A DNA stretch of 64,000 nt, taken from a virus. Taxonomy: Duplodnaviria; Caudoviricetes. Position 1 is the first letter of the stretch. The number at the start of each line of letters is the position of its first letter. Below, in pieces: positions 40,640-48,948 of this stretch. Both the position numbers and the translations under genes were made by a program. The stretch spans positions 1 through 64,000 of IMG/VR virus record IMGVR_UViG_3300015374_000002. One strand, given 5' to 3'. The notes under the pieces are model-generated. The model was not told the DNA's origin, searched no databases, and worked only from the letters and a program-made list of their open reading frames with translations.

Positions 40640-41116
40640 TCAGCGTGCCGGTAGCGGCGGCACGGCCTGCTGCGGCACGAACCATGACGGCCGCCGCCCG
40701 CCCGGGTTGCGCATCCACTCCGGCCGTCGCGCCGCCCGGCCCTGCATCGCGCCGACCACCCGGAAGGTCGGAGGGTCGGCGATGACCAGCACGTACCAGC
40801 GGTCTTCCGGGTCGTTGTCTCGGACGATCAGGCAGCCGTCGGCGCGGGGGGTGGCCCGGATCTCCCAGGCGCGGCCCGCGTCCGGCTTGCCGTGGAAGGT
40901 GTTGACGGAGCCGTCCCAGTACAGCGACCGCACCTTGCAGAATGCCCGCTCCGCGCACGCCCCGTAAATCTCGTCGGCCAGACGCTCCATCCAGGAGCGC
41001 GGGCTGCCGGTGGATTGGTGCGGGTCCAGGTTCTGCAACCCGGAGGTGGCGAACCGGAGGAGGCCGACATGGGCGGCGCCCAGGAACTCGTACCAGTTCA
41101 GCCGGACCTCGCTCAC
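40640..41116 (-). CDS. hypothetical protein (possible PD-(D/E)xK-like)
   Basis: GACAE ... KPD ... WEIRAT pattern. Confidence 0.65.
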   Translation of the reverse strand: MSEVRLNWYEFLGAAHVGLLRFATSGLQNLDPHQSTGSPRSWMERLADEIYGACAERAFCKVRSLYWDGSVNTFHGKPDAGRAWEIRATPRADGCLIVRDNDPEDRWYVLVIADPPTFRVVGAMQGRAARRPEWMRNPGGRRPSWFVPQQAVPPLPAR

Positions 41117-41640
41117 CCGGGGAAGGACCTGCCGGGCAGCAGGGGAGGAGGCGGCGGCATCGCGGCGACGTCGTCCTGGATCGCCAGTTTGAACTCCGCC
41201 AACGTGATGTTCAGGGGGGACGACCCGGAATGCTTGATCATCAACCCGATCGGTGTGTTCGGAAACACGAAAATCTCATGCGCATAGTGCCGGTACTGGC
41301 CGCCCGGCGTCGGGCTGTCGTCCACCGTAGCCGTGGAGTCGGCGCCGGTGGTCAGGTTGAGGGGGTCACGGACGAACTGGGCCCGGTACTCCGTGGAGCT
41401 ACCGGCGGCCCAGAACACCATCGCCGTCAGGCTGCCCCACCCAGCCGTGATCGGCCAGATCAGCCCTGAGCGGGCGTCGGGATAGGTGGAGGCTCCACCC
41501 ACGGGCTGGGCGGCGGGGTGCATGTTGTGCGGGTCGAACGACTCGGCCGCGCCGTACGGGAAACGCACCAGGTAGTAGTCGCCGCTGACCGGCACCACCT
41601 GCGGATCCACGACCTTCAGGGAGCAGACGTTAAGTGTCAC
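41113..41640 (-). CDS. hypothetical protein
   Basis: 175-aa ORF, translationally coupled. Confidence 0.7.
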   Translation of the reverse strand: MTLNVCSLKVVDPQVVPVSGDYYLVRFPYGAAESFDPHNMHPAAQPVGGASTYPDARSGLIWPITAGWGSLTAMVFWAAGSSTEYRAQFVRDPLNLTTGADSTATVDDSPTPGGQYRHYAHEIFVFPNTPIGLMIKHSGSSPLNITLAEFKLAIQDDVAAMPPPPPLLPGRSFPG

Positions 41641-41948
41641 CCGCCCAGGGTGGTAGGCAGCGGCCGGTAGCGTCGCGGTCTAACCGCATCATCCTTTCGC
41701 TGACTCAACCGTGGAAGAAGACGATCACGCCGGTTGCTGCGGTGGCACCTGCTACATTGATGCGCGGAGCGTCGTTGCCCGAAATGCCGAACCCCGGGGA
41801 ACTTCCCAGGCTTTGCCGGGGCGTACTGAAACATCTGATGGCAGCCTTATCAAGGGCAAAAGTAGTAAGACCCGCGATTGACTGCTAATTGGACTAATAG
41901 GGAAAACTCGTCGTCTGGGCGGGCAACGGCGCTCCGCCTTCTTTTCGA

Positions 41949-42020
41949 AGCCTGAGGGGGGATCGAACCCCTGAACCGACGGCTTTGCAGGCCGCCTCCC
42001 GCGCCAGCGAGAACCCAGGC
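41949..42020 (-). tRNA. tRNA-Cys(GCA)
   Basis: Cloverleaf, anticodon loop CUGCAAA, U73. Confidence 0.8.
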
Positions 42021-42244
42021 TATGTATTCAGACGTATGGCTGCCGCCCATACGATCAGGAGGACCAGGGCCGCCAATTTGATGAACGTCCACACGCCGCG
42101 CTTGGCGTCCTGCTCCATTTTCGGAAGTGCGGCCAGAGTACCCTGCCATCTGCGCCACAGGTCCAACATCACCTGGAATCGTCTGCCGACGATGAATAGC
42201 ATCATTCCGACGATGATGAGCAGCAGGACCCATTTGTGTGCCAA
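42020..42244 (-). CDS. small membrane protein
   Basis: Two TM segments; GGGAG RBS. Confidence 0.6.
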   Translation of the reverse strand: MAHKWVLLLIIVGMMLFIVGRRFQVMLDLWRRWQGTLAALPKMEQDAKRGVWTFIKLAALVLLIVWAAAIRLNT

Positions 42245-42474
42245 GTCTCACTCCCGCAGGTCAGAGGACTGCAAAGCGCCTCCGCCAACGTACGCGCGGA
42301 CGTCTCCGAATGTGGGGCGTTCAGTGTCATCGGGTCGCGTCGAATCGTACGGCGCCGCCCGGCTGCGACTGCTCCAGGTCCACCACGGCAGCCAGAAATC
42401 CGGCGGCGTCCAACTCTCCTCGCTGCAACCGCGCGACCAGATCGGACGCGTCCAGAATCACCACTTCGTTCATG

Positions 42475-42558
42475 TGCGCCAGGAGAGATTCGAACTCCCA
42501 ATGCCCGGAAGGGCCACAGCTTTACAGGCTGCTGAGCGACCAACTGCTCAACTGACGC
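42475..42558 (-). tRNA. tRNA-Tyr(GTA)
   Basis: Loop CUGUAAA, long variable arm. Confidence 0.9.
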
Positions 42559-42559
42559 T

Positions 42560-42647
42560 TGGGGTGACCGACGGGACTCGAACCCGCATGAACCTTTCGG
42601 CTCCGGGGGTTCACAGCCCCCTTCCTCAACCAATTCGGATCGGTCAC
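42560..42647 (-). tRNA. tRNA-His(GTG) with long variable arm
   Basis: Loop CUGUGAA, C73+CCA, extra arm GAGCCGAAAGGUUC. Confidence 0.8.
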
Positions 42648-42649
42648 AG

Positions 42650-42721
42650 TCGGCCTGGAGGGAATCGAACCCACACCTGATCTTTAGGAGAGATCTGCTC
42701 GGTCCTTCGAGCTACAGGCCG
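42650..42721 (-). tRNA. tRNA-Arg(CCT)
   Basis: Loop CUCCUAA. Confidence 0.85.
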
Positions 42722-42730
42722 TGCCGCCGG

Positions 42731-43072
42731 TTACTTCGCCAGGCGGCTCGCGGTACGCCGCGCCGCTTCCGCCGAGTCGGGCGACGCCCTGAACACGTTG
42801 ACCTCGTAGACGTCAACCTGCTCACCCAGCACCGGGAGCGTCTCCAACGTCCGCACCGTGGCGACGCCCGCATCACGCGCTTCGACGACGAAGGTCGCTT
42901 GCACCGCCGTATTGGCGGGGTCTCCCACCCAGGTCAGGTGCATAACGTTCGGCACCACGTCCCTGCCGGGGGGCAGAGACGACAGCCTGGTGCGCGCCTC
43001 CTCCGCATCCGCCTTCGTCGCGAAGCCCCCCAGGATCAGTTTGACGTGCCAATTCTGCATGTCAGTCACCAC
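42731..43072 (-). CDS. hypothetical protein
   Basis: 113-aa ORF between tRNAs. Confidence 0.6.
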   Translation of the reverse strand: MVTDMQNWHVKLILGGFATKADAEEARTRLSSLPPGRDVVPNVMHLTWVGDPANTAVQATFVVEARDAGVATVRTLETLPVLGEQVDVYEVNVFRASPDSAEAARRTASRLAK

Positions 43073-43224
43073 CCATTCCCTCGCAAGATCTTGGCGCGTT
43101 CCTCGCTCCGCCGCAGCGCCTTGAAGCCGTACTTGTCGTCTTCCGCCACGGCCCTCTGGCGGCGCCAGATCTTCGGAGCCTTCTTCGGCTTGTCGTCCTC
43201 GCTCGCGCTCTTGCCGAATCCCAT
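43066..43224 (-). CDS. small basic protein
   Basis: MGFGKSASEDD...; GAGCGAC + AGGAGG. Confidence 0.6.
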   Translation of the reverse strand: MGFGKSASEDDKPKKAPKIWRRQRAVAEDDKYGFKALRRSEERAKILRGNGW

Positions 43225-43255
43225 GCGTTCCTCCTGTGGTTGTGTCGCTCTGACG

Positions 43256-43326
43256 TACCCGGTGAGGGAGTCGAACCCCCTCCTTCGCCTTGTAAGGGCG
43301 TTGCTCTCCCGTTGAGCTAACCGGGC
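43256..43326 (-). tRNA. tRNA-Val(TAC)
   Basis: Loop CUUACAA. Confidence 0.85.
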
Positions 43327-43369
43327 TTGACCATACACCAAACAGCGTACAGTCATTTAGCGTTCAAGT

Positions 43370-43804
43370 CTAGGTTGTTTTGTGATCGTGACCGCAACCG
43401 CTGACCAGCGGCGGCACCTGAACGCGGACGACTTGTTCTCGATCGCCATAGCGGATCTGGATGAGTTCGTTCAGCGATGCCTTACCGGCCCGCTTCGACG
43501 CCTTGTCCTCGCCGAGCAGGACGGCGGCCAGTTCGTCAAAGGTCTGATTGACGCGGGCGACCGCGTGACGCATCGCCGCTTCGGTCGCATCCGCCAGCTT
43601 GGCGACTTCGGCCTTCAGCCGGTCGTTGACCGCCTGGTCGGTGAGCTGGGGGATGCGGTCGATGAGCGCTTGCAGCGCCTTGCGTTCGGCGATCATATCC
43701 TTCAGGACGCCCCTGGCCTCACTAGTCGCCTCCCGCAGGCTCTCCTCTGTCGTGATTGCCGATGAGATGTCGTCTGGCCGCTGCTGACGGCGTTTGGTTC
43801 CCAT
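43370..43804 (-). CDS. hypothetical coiled-coil protein
   Basis: ORF starting right after tRNA-Val 3' end. Confidence 0.6.
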   Translation of the reverse strand: MGTKRRQQRPDDISSAITTEESLREATSEARGVLKDMIAERKALQALIDRIPQLTDQAVNDRLKAEVAKLADATEAAMRHAVARVNQTFDELAAVLLGEDKASKRAGKASLNELIQIRYGDREQVVRVQVPPLVSGCGHDHKTT

Positions 43805-43805
43805 G

Positions 43806-43878
43806 TAGTCGCGGCAGGATTTGAACCTGCGACCTTCGCTGTGTCGAAGCGGTGCTCTACCAGCTGAGCTACACGACC
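43806..43878 (-). tRNA. tRNA-Val(GAC)
   Basis: Loop UCGACAC (C33). Confidence 0.85.
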
Positions 43879-44020
43879 TTTTGTGGTCGAACCCGGATCC
43901 CGGCATGCAGGGTAGTCCCTTGCGTTCCCTGTCTGCCGTCGGCGGGCCCGGCCGGTCGGCCCAGGCTTTCAGGGGGCGATACAGCCGTGGGTATCGCTAG
44001 GTTGGTCCGGGTTCGACCAG

Positions 44021-44093
44021 CACCGGTGGGAGGGTTCGAACCCCCGGCCTTCCGCTTTGGAGGCGGCTGCTCTACCAACTGAGCTACACCGAT
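44021..44093 (-). tRNA. tRNA-Trp(CCA)
   Basis: Loop CUCCAAA, G73. Confidence 0.9.
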
Positions 44094-44199
44094 CGGGCGC
44101 GAGTGAGGTATCGCGCAGCTTTTTGCAGGACTTCCGGATCGTCGCTCCTGACGATGAAGGCCGACGCCTGAGACGGGATCCAGGCGTCGGCCCGCTGAG

Positions 44200-44273
44200 T
44201 GGCGGGGGCAGGATTTGAACCTGCGACCTCTGGGTTATGAGCCCAGCAAGCTACCGAACTGCTCCACCCCGCT
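44200..44273 (-). tRNA. initiator tRNA-fMet(CAT)
   Basis: Three G-C pairs in anticodon stem, 1:72 mismatch. Confidence 0.9.
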
Positions 44274-44283
44274 ACGTCCCATC

Positions 44284-44634
44284 CTACTTGGGACGCTCCA
44301 CTACGTGGAGATCCTTTAGTGCGTCCTCGATCGCACGGTTCGTCGTCGCCGTCTCAATGACGGCGACACGCTGCTCATGCTCTACGAGGCTCAGGCGCCG
44401 ATCGGCATAGGCGTCGGCCACCTGCTGCAACGCGTGGTCACGGTCGTCGCCGGTCGGCCTGGCGGCCAGCCAGCGTTCCATCTGCCGGGAGCGCCGCGCG
44501 TCCTGGATTACCTGCCTCTTCCGCTTCGCGTGGTCGATCTTCTCGGTCATCCACGGAATAGCCACAACGATCACAATTACGGCTATGGCCAGCCACAGGA
44601 TGGCGAATGCCGGTAGAGCTGCCTTCATCATCAC
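44284..44634 (-). CDS. membrane-anchored protein (DUF1707-like C-terminus)
   Basis: N-terminal TM; DDRD.A...A.AYAD.RL...E...R pattern. Confidence 0.65.
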   Translation of the reverse strand: MMMKAALPAFAILWLAIAVIVIVVAIPWMTEKIDHAKRKRQVIQDARRSRQMERWLAARPTGDDRDHALQQVADAYADRRLSLVEHEQRVAVIETATTNRAIEDALKDLHVVERPK

Positions 44635-44668
44635 TCATCTCCTTCGGGTGGGTCGCTCTCCACCAACG

Positions 44669-44742
44669 TGCCGCCGACGGGATTCGAACCCGCAAAACCC
44701 CAGATTGAAAGTCTGGTGACTCTACCCTTCGTCCACGGCGAC
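44669..44742 (-). tRNA. tRNA-Glu(TTC)
   Basis: Loop CUUUCAA. Confidence 0.85.
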
Positions 44743-44754
44743 CAGGGACTTACG

Positions 44755-44826
44755 TACTCCGCGCGGGGATCGAACCCGCACCTCCTGATTGAGAATCAGG
44801 TATCCAGACCACCAGACCAGCGGAGC
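44755..44826 (-). tRNA. tRNA-Glu(CTC)
   Basis: Loop UUCUCAA. Confidence 0.8.
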
Positions 44827-44892
44827 TTGTAGGGCCAGGCAGCGCATACCCAGATCACCCCTCCGATTCCTGGGGATGGCGCCTGACCCTTC

Positions 44893-45408
44893 TCACGCAA
44901 CAGTTGCCGACTCTACTCGGAACCATTCGCGAGCCTGTGCGAAATGCTTGGCCGATACACCATGCTGCCACCCGGTGTGAATCAGCCGGAAGTCGCCGAC
45001 GCCCGGATGCCCTTTCAGCCACACCTTGTCACGCCTGGTCAGCTCGTCATCGAACCAGACGAACGGCCGCCCCTGCACGAACTTCGCCACCCTCGGCGTC
45101 TTGCGGTGCACCCGGTAGTCATCCCCCGGCTCCACCGCCTCCCGCATGTCGATGACCGGCAACTGAGGCAGCCCCAGAAGGGGAGCGATATGCGCGTTTG
45201 CGTCGTGGCTCCACATGGTCGCCCACACCAGGTCGGCGCCGACCGTCTCGGCCAGCTCCAGCAGCACCGGTCCATGTTCGGGGTTGAGCAGGACGTTGTA
45301 CGTCTCGCCCTGGCAGGTCAGCCTGTGCGCCTGCCACTGCGGACCGGGACGCCCGAACGGTGCGAGCACACCATCCACGTCCAACAGGATCAACTTGTCC
45401 ACGTGCAC
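44893..45408 (-). CDS. HAD-superfamily phosphatase (RNA-repair-associated HAD type)
   Basis: LLDVDGVL, LVWATMW, PFVWFDDE. Confidence 0.85.
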   Translation of the reverse strand: MHVDKLILLDVDGVLAPFGRPGPQWQAHRLTCQGETYNVLLNPEHGPVLLELAETVGADLVWATMWSHDANAHIAPLLGLPQLPVIDMREAVEPGDDYRVHRKTPRVAKFVQGRPFVWFDDELTRRDKVWLKGHPGVGDFRLIHTGWQHGVSAKHFAQAREWFRVESATVA

Positions 45409-45470
45409 ATCCTCTCCTTCGCGCGGGGTCGCTCTTCCCGCACCCGCGAAGACGTAGACCGTCTTCGCCG

Positions 45471-45543
45471 TACCCCCGCCGGGATTCGAACCCGGATTTC
45501 GACGCTTAAAAGGCGCCTACTCTGCCAATTGAGCTACAGGGGC
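45471..45543 (-). tRNA. tRNA-Lys(TTT)
   Basis: Loop CUUUUAA. Confidence 0.9.
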
Positions 45544-45546
45544 ATG

Positions 45547-45690
45547 TCACGCAGGATTGGCGATCACCATCCCGCAGTCCTCACAGTGCGGCGGCCAGAC
45601 CAGCCACCCCATCCACTCCTCCGAACGATCCAGTCCCTCCGGAACGATCCTGCCGCCGCACTGCTGACAGTCGGGATAGAACCAGGTCAT
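45547..45690 (-). CDS. small Zn-ribbon protein
   Basis: CQQCG ... CEDCG; GGAGG RBS. Confidence 0.6.
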   Translation of the reverse strand: MTWFYPDCQQCGGRIVPEGLDRSEEWMGWLVWPPHCEDCGMVIANPA

Positions 45691-45704
45691 AGACCCTCCG
45701 TACG

Positions 45705-45777
45705 TGCGCCGTGAGAGATTCGAACTCCCAACCATCCGGGTAGAAACCGGCCGCGCTATCCATTGCGCCAACGACGC
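45705..45777 (-). tRNA. tRNA-Arg(TCT)
   Basis: Loop UUUCUAC. Confidence 0.9.
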
Positions 45778-45805
45778 GAACCTTTCACGATCCGAAACGA
45801 TCGTT

Positions 45806-45988
45806 TCATTCCATCGCCACGCCCGGTCCTAGAACCGGGCAGAACGACACTGGCACCAGCCGCCCGGTGGCCATGTCGCTGCACGCGAGGCAGATCTCCG
45901 CCGGGATCGTGTGGCGGCTTTCCCCGTCGGGCCGGTAGTCGATCGACTCGTGCCAGCCCGACTCCGGGTCGTCCGGGTCATAGCCCAT
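45806..45988 (-). CDS. small hypothetical protein
   Basis: MGYDPDDP...; overlaps upstream gene. Confidence 0.5.
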   Translation of the reverse strand: MGYDPDDPESGWHESIDYRPDGESRHTIPAEICLACSDMATGRLVPVSFCPVLGPGVAME

Positions 45989-46385
45989 ATTTCGCCTCAT
46001 CCTTCACGTACACCATGTAGGCGATCACGCCCGCTTCGTAGGCGGCCCGCCGAGCGTCGGCGTCGGTGTCGTACTTGGTGCCGTCCAACGGGTGCCTGAT
46101 GATGTCGCAGCCGCCTTCGGGCTTGTACTTGATCTGTCTGATACTCAGCTCGATCTTGCCGTCGTCGGCTGCGACCACGGACGGCGAGGACATCACCTTG
46201 CACAGTCGCGGGAACGACACTCCCCACTCGGCGTGAGTCACTATCGGCGGCCCGCCGTCGGCGTAGGTCGGGAAGCGGCCGTAGGGGGCTTCATTGAAGG
46301 TCCAGATGCGGTAGCGACCGTCGTGCCAGTCGTATTCCTGGCCCTGCATCGGCGGGTAGTCGGTAACGTTCTGTGGCGTGTCCAT
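45978..46385 (-). CDS. hypothetical protein
   Basis: Promoter TTGACC-18-TATCTT, GAGCGAC + GGAGG. Confidence 0.75.
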   Translation of the reverse strand: MDTPQNVTDYPPMQGQEYDWHDGRYRIWTFNEAPYGRFPTYADGGPPIVTHAEWGVSFPRLCKVMSSPSVVAADDGKIELSIRQIKYKPEGGCDIIRHPLDGTKYDTDADARRAAYEAGVIAYMVYVKDEAKYGL

Positions 46386-46457
46386 GGGGTCCTCCGTGGG
46401 GGTTGGTCGCTCTCCAACACCCCAAAGATACATCCATTTAGCGTCTTAGGTCAAGGG

Positions 46458-46548
46458 CGGAAAATGGAGGACTCGAACCCCAGGGCCGTTCACACCAGCC
46501 CTCATCCGGTTTAAATCGGCGGCCACCTCCTTGGTGGCGTCATTTTCC
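46458..46548 (-). tRNA. allo-tRNA-like 8/4 tRNA, 8-nt anticodon loop AUUUAAAC
   Basis: 8-bp acceptor GGAAAAUG/CAUUUUCC, 4-bp T stem, 6-bp D stem, long variable arm, G73. Confidence 0.7.
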
Positions 46549-46574
46549 CCCACCGTGTTGAGGGGTGGGTCCAG

Positions 46575-46658
46575 CGGAAGGCGGAAGACTCGAACTTCGG
46601 CCGCCGCCGACGGCCACGCGGATTCCAGCCGCGTCCCGGCACCTGCCGGTCACCTTCC
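46575..46658 (-). tRNA. 8/4 tRNA-Ser(GGA)
   Basis: 8-bp acceptor, 4-bp T stem GAAG/CUUC, 5-6-bp D stem, loop CUGGAAU, G73. Confidence 0.8.
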
Positions 46659-46659
46659 A

Positions 46660-46735
46660 TGGTCCTCGGAGCAGGAGTCGAACCTGCCGTCGCCCGGTTA
46701 TCAGCCGGGTGCCTTCACCGCTTGGCCACCCGAGG
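46660..46735 (-). tRNA. tRNA-Ile(GAT)
   Basis: Loop CUGAUAA, ACCA end encoded. Confidence 0.85.
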
Positions 46736-46739
46736 AAAG

Positions 46740-46824
46740 CGGAGAGGGAGGGTATCGAACCCCCGCCGGTGTGACCCGGGCAGCGGCGTAGCAAGCCGTC
46801 CCATTACCTCTCTGGCACCTCTCC
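46740..46824 (-). tRNA. tRNA-Ser(GCT)
   Basis: Loop UUGCUAC, long variable arm. Confidence 0.85.
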
Positions 46825-46925
46825 ACGATACTTCCATCTAGCGCCTGCCGGTGCTACCTTGGAGTGGTACGCCCCTGGTCCGGCTCTGCACCGCATCCCG
46901 CCAGGGGCACGGCCATTTCTGGGAC

Positions 46926-47024
46926 TGGTGCCGACCCCGGGATTCGAACCCGCCCTACCGCCTTGGCAAGGCGATGTGCGACCGCTGACACTTCACCCAC
47001 AAGTTCCGTGACCGGTGGACCGAC
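46926..47024 (-). tRNA. tRNA-Gly(GCC)-like with displaced 5' acceptor strand
   Basis: D, anticodon (UUGCCAA) and T arms plus ACCA are intact; the best acceptor partner lies about 24 nt upstream. Confidence 0.55.
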
Positions 47025-47073
47025 GACTCGGGTGTGGACGGGGCCGGGGCGACCATCCTCCGGTCACGGAAAG

Positions 47074-47143
47074 AGCCCAACCCCGGAGTCGAACCGGGCA
47101 GGCCGTTCGTACCAAGAACGGGTGCACACCAGGTGCGAAGGGC
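47074..47143 (-). tRNA. tRNA-Thr(GGT), atypical
   Basis: Loop UUGGUAC; U.U mismatches in acceptor. Confidence 0.65.
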
Positions 47144-47192
47144 AAACGGGTAGGGGTGTCCGGGCCGTGAACGCCCGGCCCGGACACCACCG

Positions 47193-47265
47193 CTCTGGGA
47201 TCAGGAATCGAACCTGAGCAAACCGGAACCAAAATCCGGCCGCCGAGCCAGCACGGCATCCCAGA
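47193..47265 (-). tRNA. tRNA-Gln(TTG)
   Basis: U1-A72, loop UUUUGGU. Confidence 0.8.
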
Positions 47266-47270
47266 ATGCG

Positions 47271-47341
47271 AGCCCAAGGGCGGAATCGAACCGCCTCGAA
47301 CGCCTTACGGGGGCGCTGCTCTGCCAGTGAGCTACAAGGGC
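47271..47341 (-). tRNA. tRNA-Thr(CGT)
   Basis: Loop CCCGUAA; U.U mismatches in acceptor. Confidence 0.75.
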
Positions 47342-47356
47342 GTGACCCCGAAGGGC

Positions 47357-48034
47357 CTACATGTCCGGCCGGGGCTGAAACTCCGGCCTGGAGCTGATCT
47401 CCTCAACCCAGTCCGACAGGGAGATCTCTTCGCCGGAGCCACTATAGAAGGCGAGATCGTCCACCTTCGCATGCAGTTCCACGTCATGCGGCATTGGCAG
47501 GATGCCTTCTGCTTCGGCGGTGTCGCGGTGCTTAACGACCGCGAAGGCGAGGCGGAACAGGGTGTCCTGGTTCCGTTTGCGCTTGTCCGGATTAGGTTCT
47601 GCCGGATGCCTGCCGTTCAGCTTGTTCGGCCCGGAGGCTGCGCGGATCCGTTTGATGTCGGAATGCCGCAAGCTGATGATCTGCTTGTCTTTGAGGATTT
47701 TCGTACGCCACAGGTCATATTCGCCCTTGGCGGCGAAATACTTGCGTTTCCCCTCTTCGCCCAGATTCCAGCACTGCTGATGGTAGGAGTCCATCTCTGC
47801 TCTCCGCGTCGCGATCTGGTCGTCCAGGGCACGCAGCAGACGAACCAGAGCCTGCTCGGTCCGTTCGATCAGCGACGGCCCGGAGAGCATCCCCCAAAGC
47901 TGTTGACGCTTTTCGGTCACCGAGACGTCGTCGTGGCGACGAGGGTCGGGATAGCCGATGTTTTGACGGATCAGCAGGTCGAAGCCTTCAGGCTCCAGCT
48001 CTTGAATGGCGGCAAGGCTCACGGGGATGGCCAT
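47357..48034 (-). CDS. hypothetical protein
   Basis: 225-aa ORF, lower GC than flanks. Confidence 0.7.
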   Translation of the reverse strand: MAIPVSLAAIQELEPEGFDLLIRQNIGYPDPRRHDDVSVTEKRQQLWGMLSGPSLIERTEQALVRLLRALDDQIATRRAEMDSYHQQCWNLGEEGKRKYFAAKGEYDLWRTKILKDKQIISLRHSDIKRIRAASGPNKLNGRHPAEPNPDKRKRNQDTLFRLAFAVVKHRDTAEAEGILPMPHDVELHAKVDDLAFYSGSGEEISLSDWVEEISSRPEFQPRPDM

Positions 48035-48109
48035 GGGTGGCGTGTTCCTTCTTCCGGGGGTTGCCGTCCCGGCGCCGGACAAGACACCGGGACGATCCTG
48101 TGTGGTGCG

Positions 48110-48182
48110 TGCGCCCGCCGGGACTCGAACCCGGATCATCCGCATCCTTAGTGCGACGCCTCTGCCATTGGGCCACAAGCGC
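48110..48182 (-). tRNA. tRNA-Leu(AAG), short variable loop
   Basis: Loop CUAAGGA; A34; no long variable arm. Confidence 0.75.
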
Positions 48183-48218
48183 TTCAGGACGGTTCTACAG
48201 GCCGCCACCGACAAAACG

Positions 48219-48287
48219 AGCCGCCCCCCGGAATCGAACCGGGCCTACCCCCTTACAAGGGGGGCGTCGCATCCATGGCGCGGCGGC
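48219..48287 (-). tRNA. tRNA-Thr(TGT), atypical D arm
   Basis: Loop CUUGUAA. Confidence 0.65.
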
Positions 48288-48297
48288 AGACGGAAGA

Positions 48298-48604
48298 GGG
48301 TGGCGACGGAAAGGATTCTGCAGCCAAACCGCCCAACCAGCCCGGCGGTCTCCTTCCCGTTCTTCTGTGGCTGTCCACGCCACCCCCGTGTGGACCCGGC
48401 GGGATTCGAACCCGCATCTCCGGCTCTCCCTATGACGCACACCGCCCCCGGACGGAGGTGGCCACCTCGTATCCGGATCGCGCGGTCACGCCCGATTGAG
48501 TTACGGGCCCTGGCAGATGATGGCGACGAGGGGGACAAAGCCTCCAAAGCGCCCAACCAGCCCGGCGCGCTCCCTCTCGTCCTTCTGCGGCTGTCCACGC
48601 CACC
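48298..48604 (-). repeat. two diverged copies of a structured ~87-nt element (48298-48385, 48519-48604)
   Basis: Shared cgcccaaccagcccggcg and ttctgYggctgtccacgccacc; each copy closed by a GGUGGCG/CGCCAYC stem. Confidence 0.75.
48391..48510 (-). ncRNA. 120-nt tRNA-Ala-like RNA (G3.U70 acceptor + T arm, non-canonical centre)
   Basis: GGGCCCG/CGGGUCC-A acceptor, GCGGGUUCGAAUCCCGC T arm, no recognisable anticodon loop. Confidence 0.6.
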
Positions 48605-48610
48605 ACCTGA

Positions 48611-48685
48611 GCTGTCGGGCGGAGAATCGAACTCCGGCCGCCCCTCGCGCGAGGAGAACGACCCTGCCACACGTCTCAACGACGC
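48611..48685 (-). pseudogene. degenerate tRNA (CGC anticodon)
   Basis: T arm and anticodon arm present; poor acceptor stem. Confidence 0.45.
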
Positions 48686-48878
48686 GACCCGACACCGTGA
48701 CGGTTCCTCCGGATCACCTCGGGAGCAGCCGACAAGCCCGAGAGGGCGGGAGCGACCCTATTCGGTACCCTTCCGTCGCGAGCCGGTGCGGACTCGAACC
48801 GCCGTTGACCGTCACCGGCCGTCCCCACTCGCGACGCGGGGACGGTCGGCCGCCGGAGTCGAACCGGCATACCCAATG

Positions 48879-48948
48879 CTCCCGGACCAGGAATCGAACC
48901 TAGAGACACAGGGGCCAGAACCCTGCTGACGGCCACCGCCATCCGGGA
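48879..48948 (-). tRNA. tRNA-Gln(CTG), short D arm
   Basis: U1-A72, loop UUCUGGC. Confidence 0.75.

Noticed and set aside
46458-46548. Selenocysteine tRNA
   Set aside because: No UCA anticodon; 8/4 rather than the bacterial 8/5 fold; no sel genes in the window
48391-48510. Canonical tmRNA
   Set aside because: Only 120 nt, with no recognisable tag reading frame or pseudoknot series
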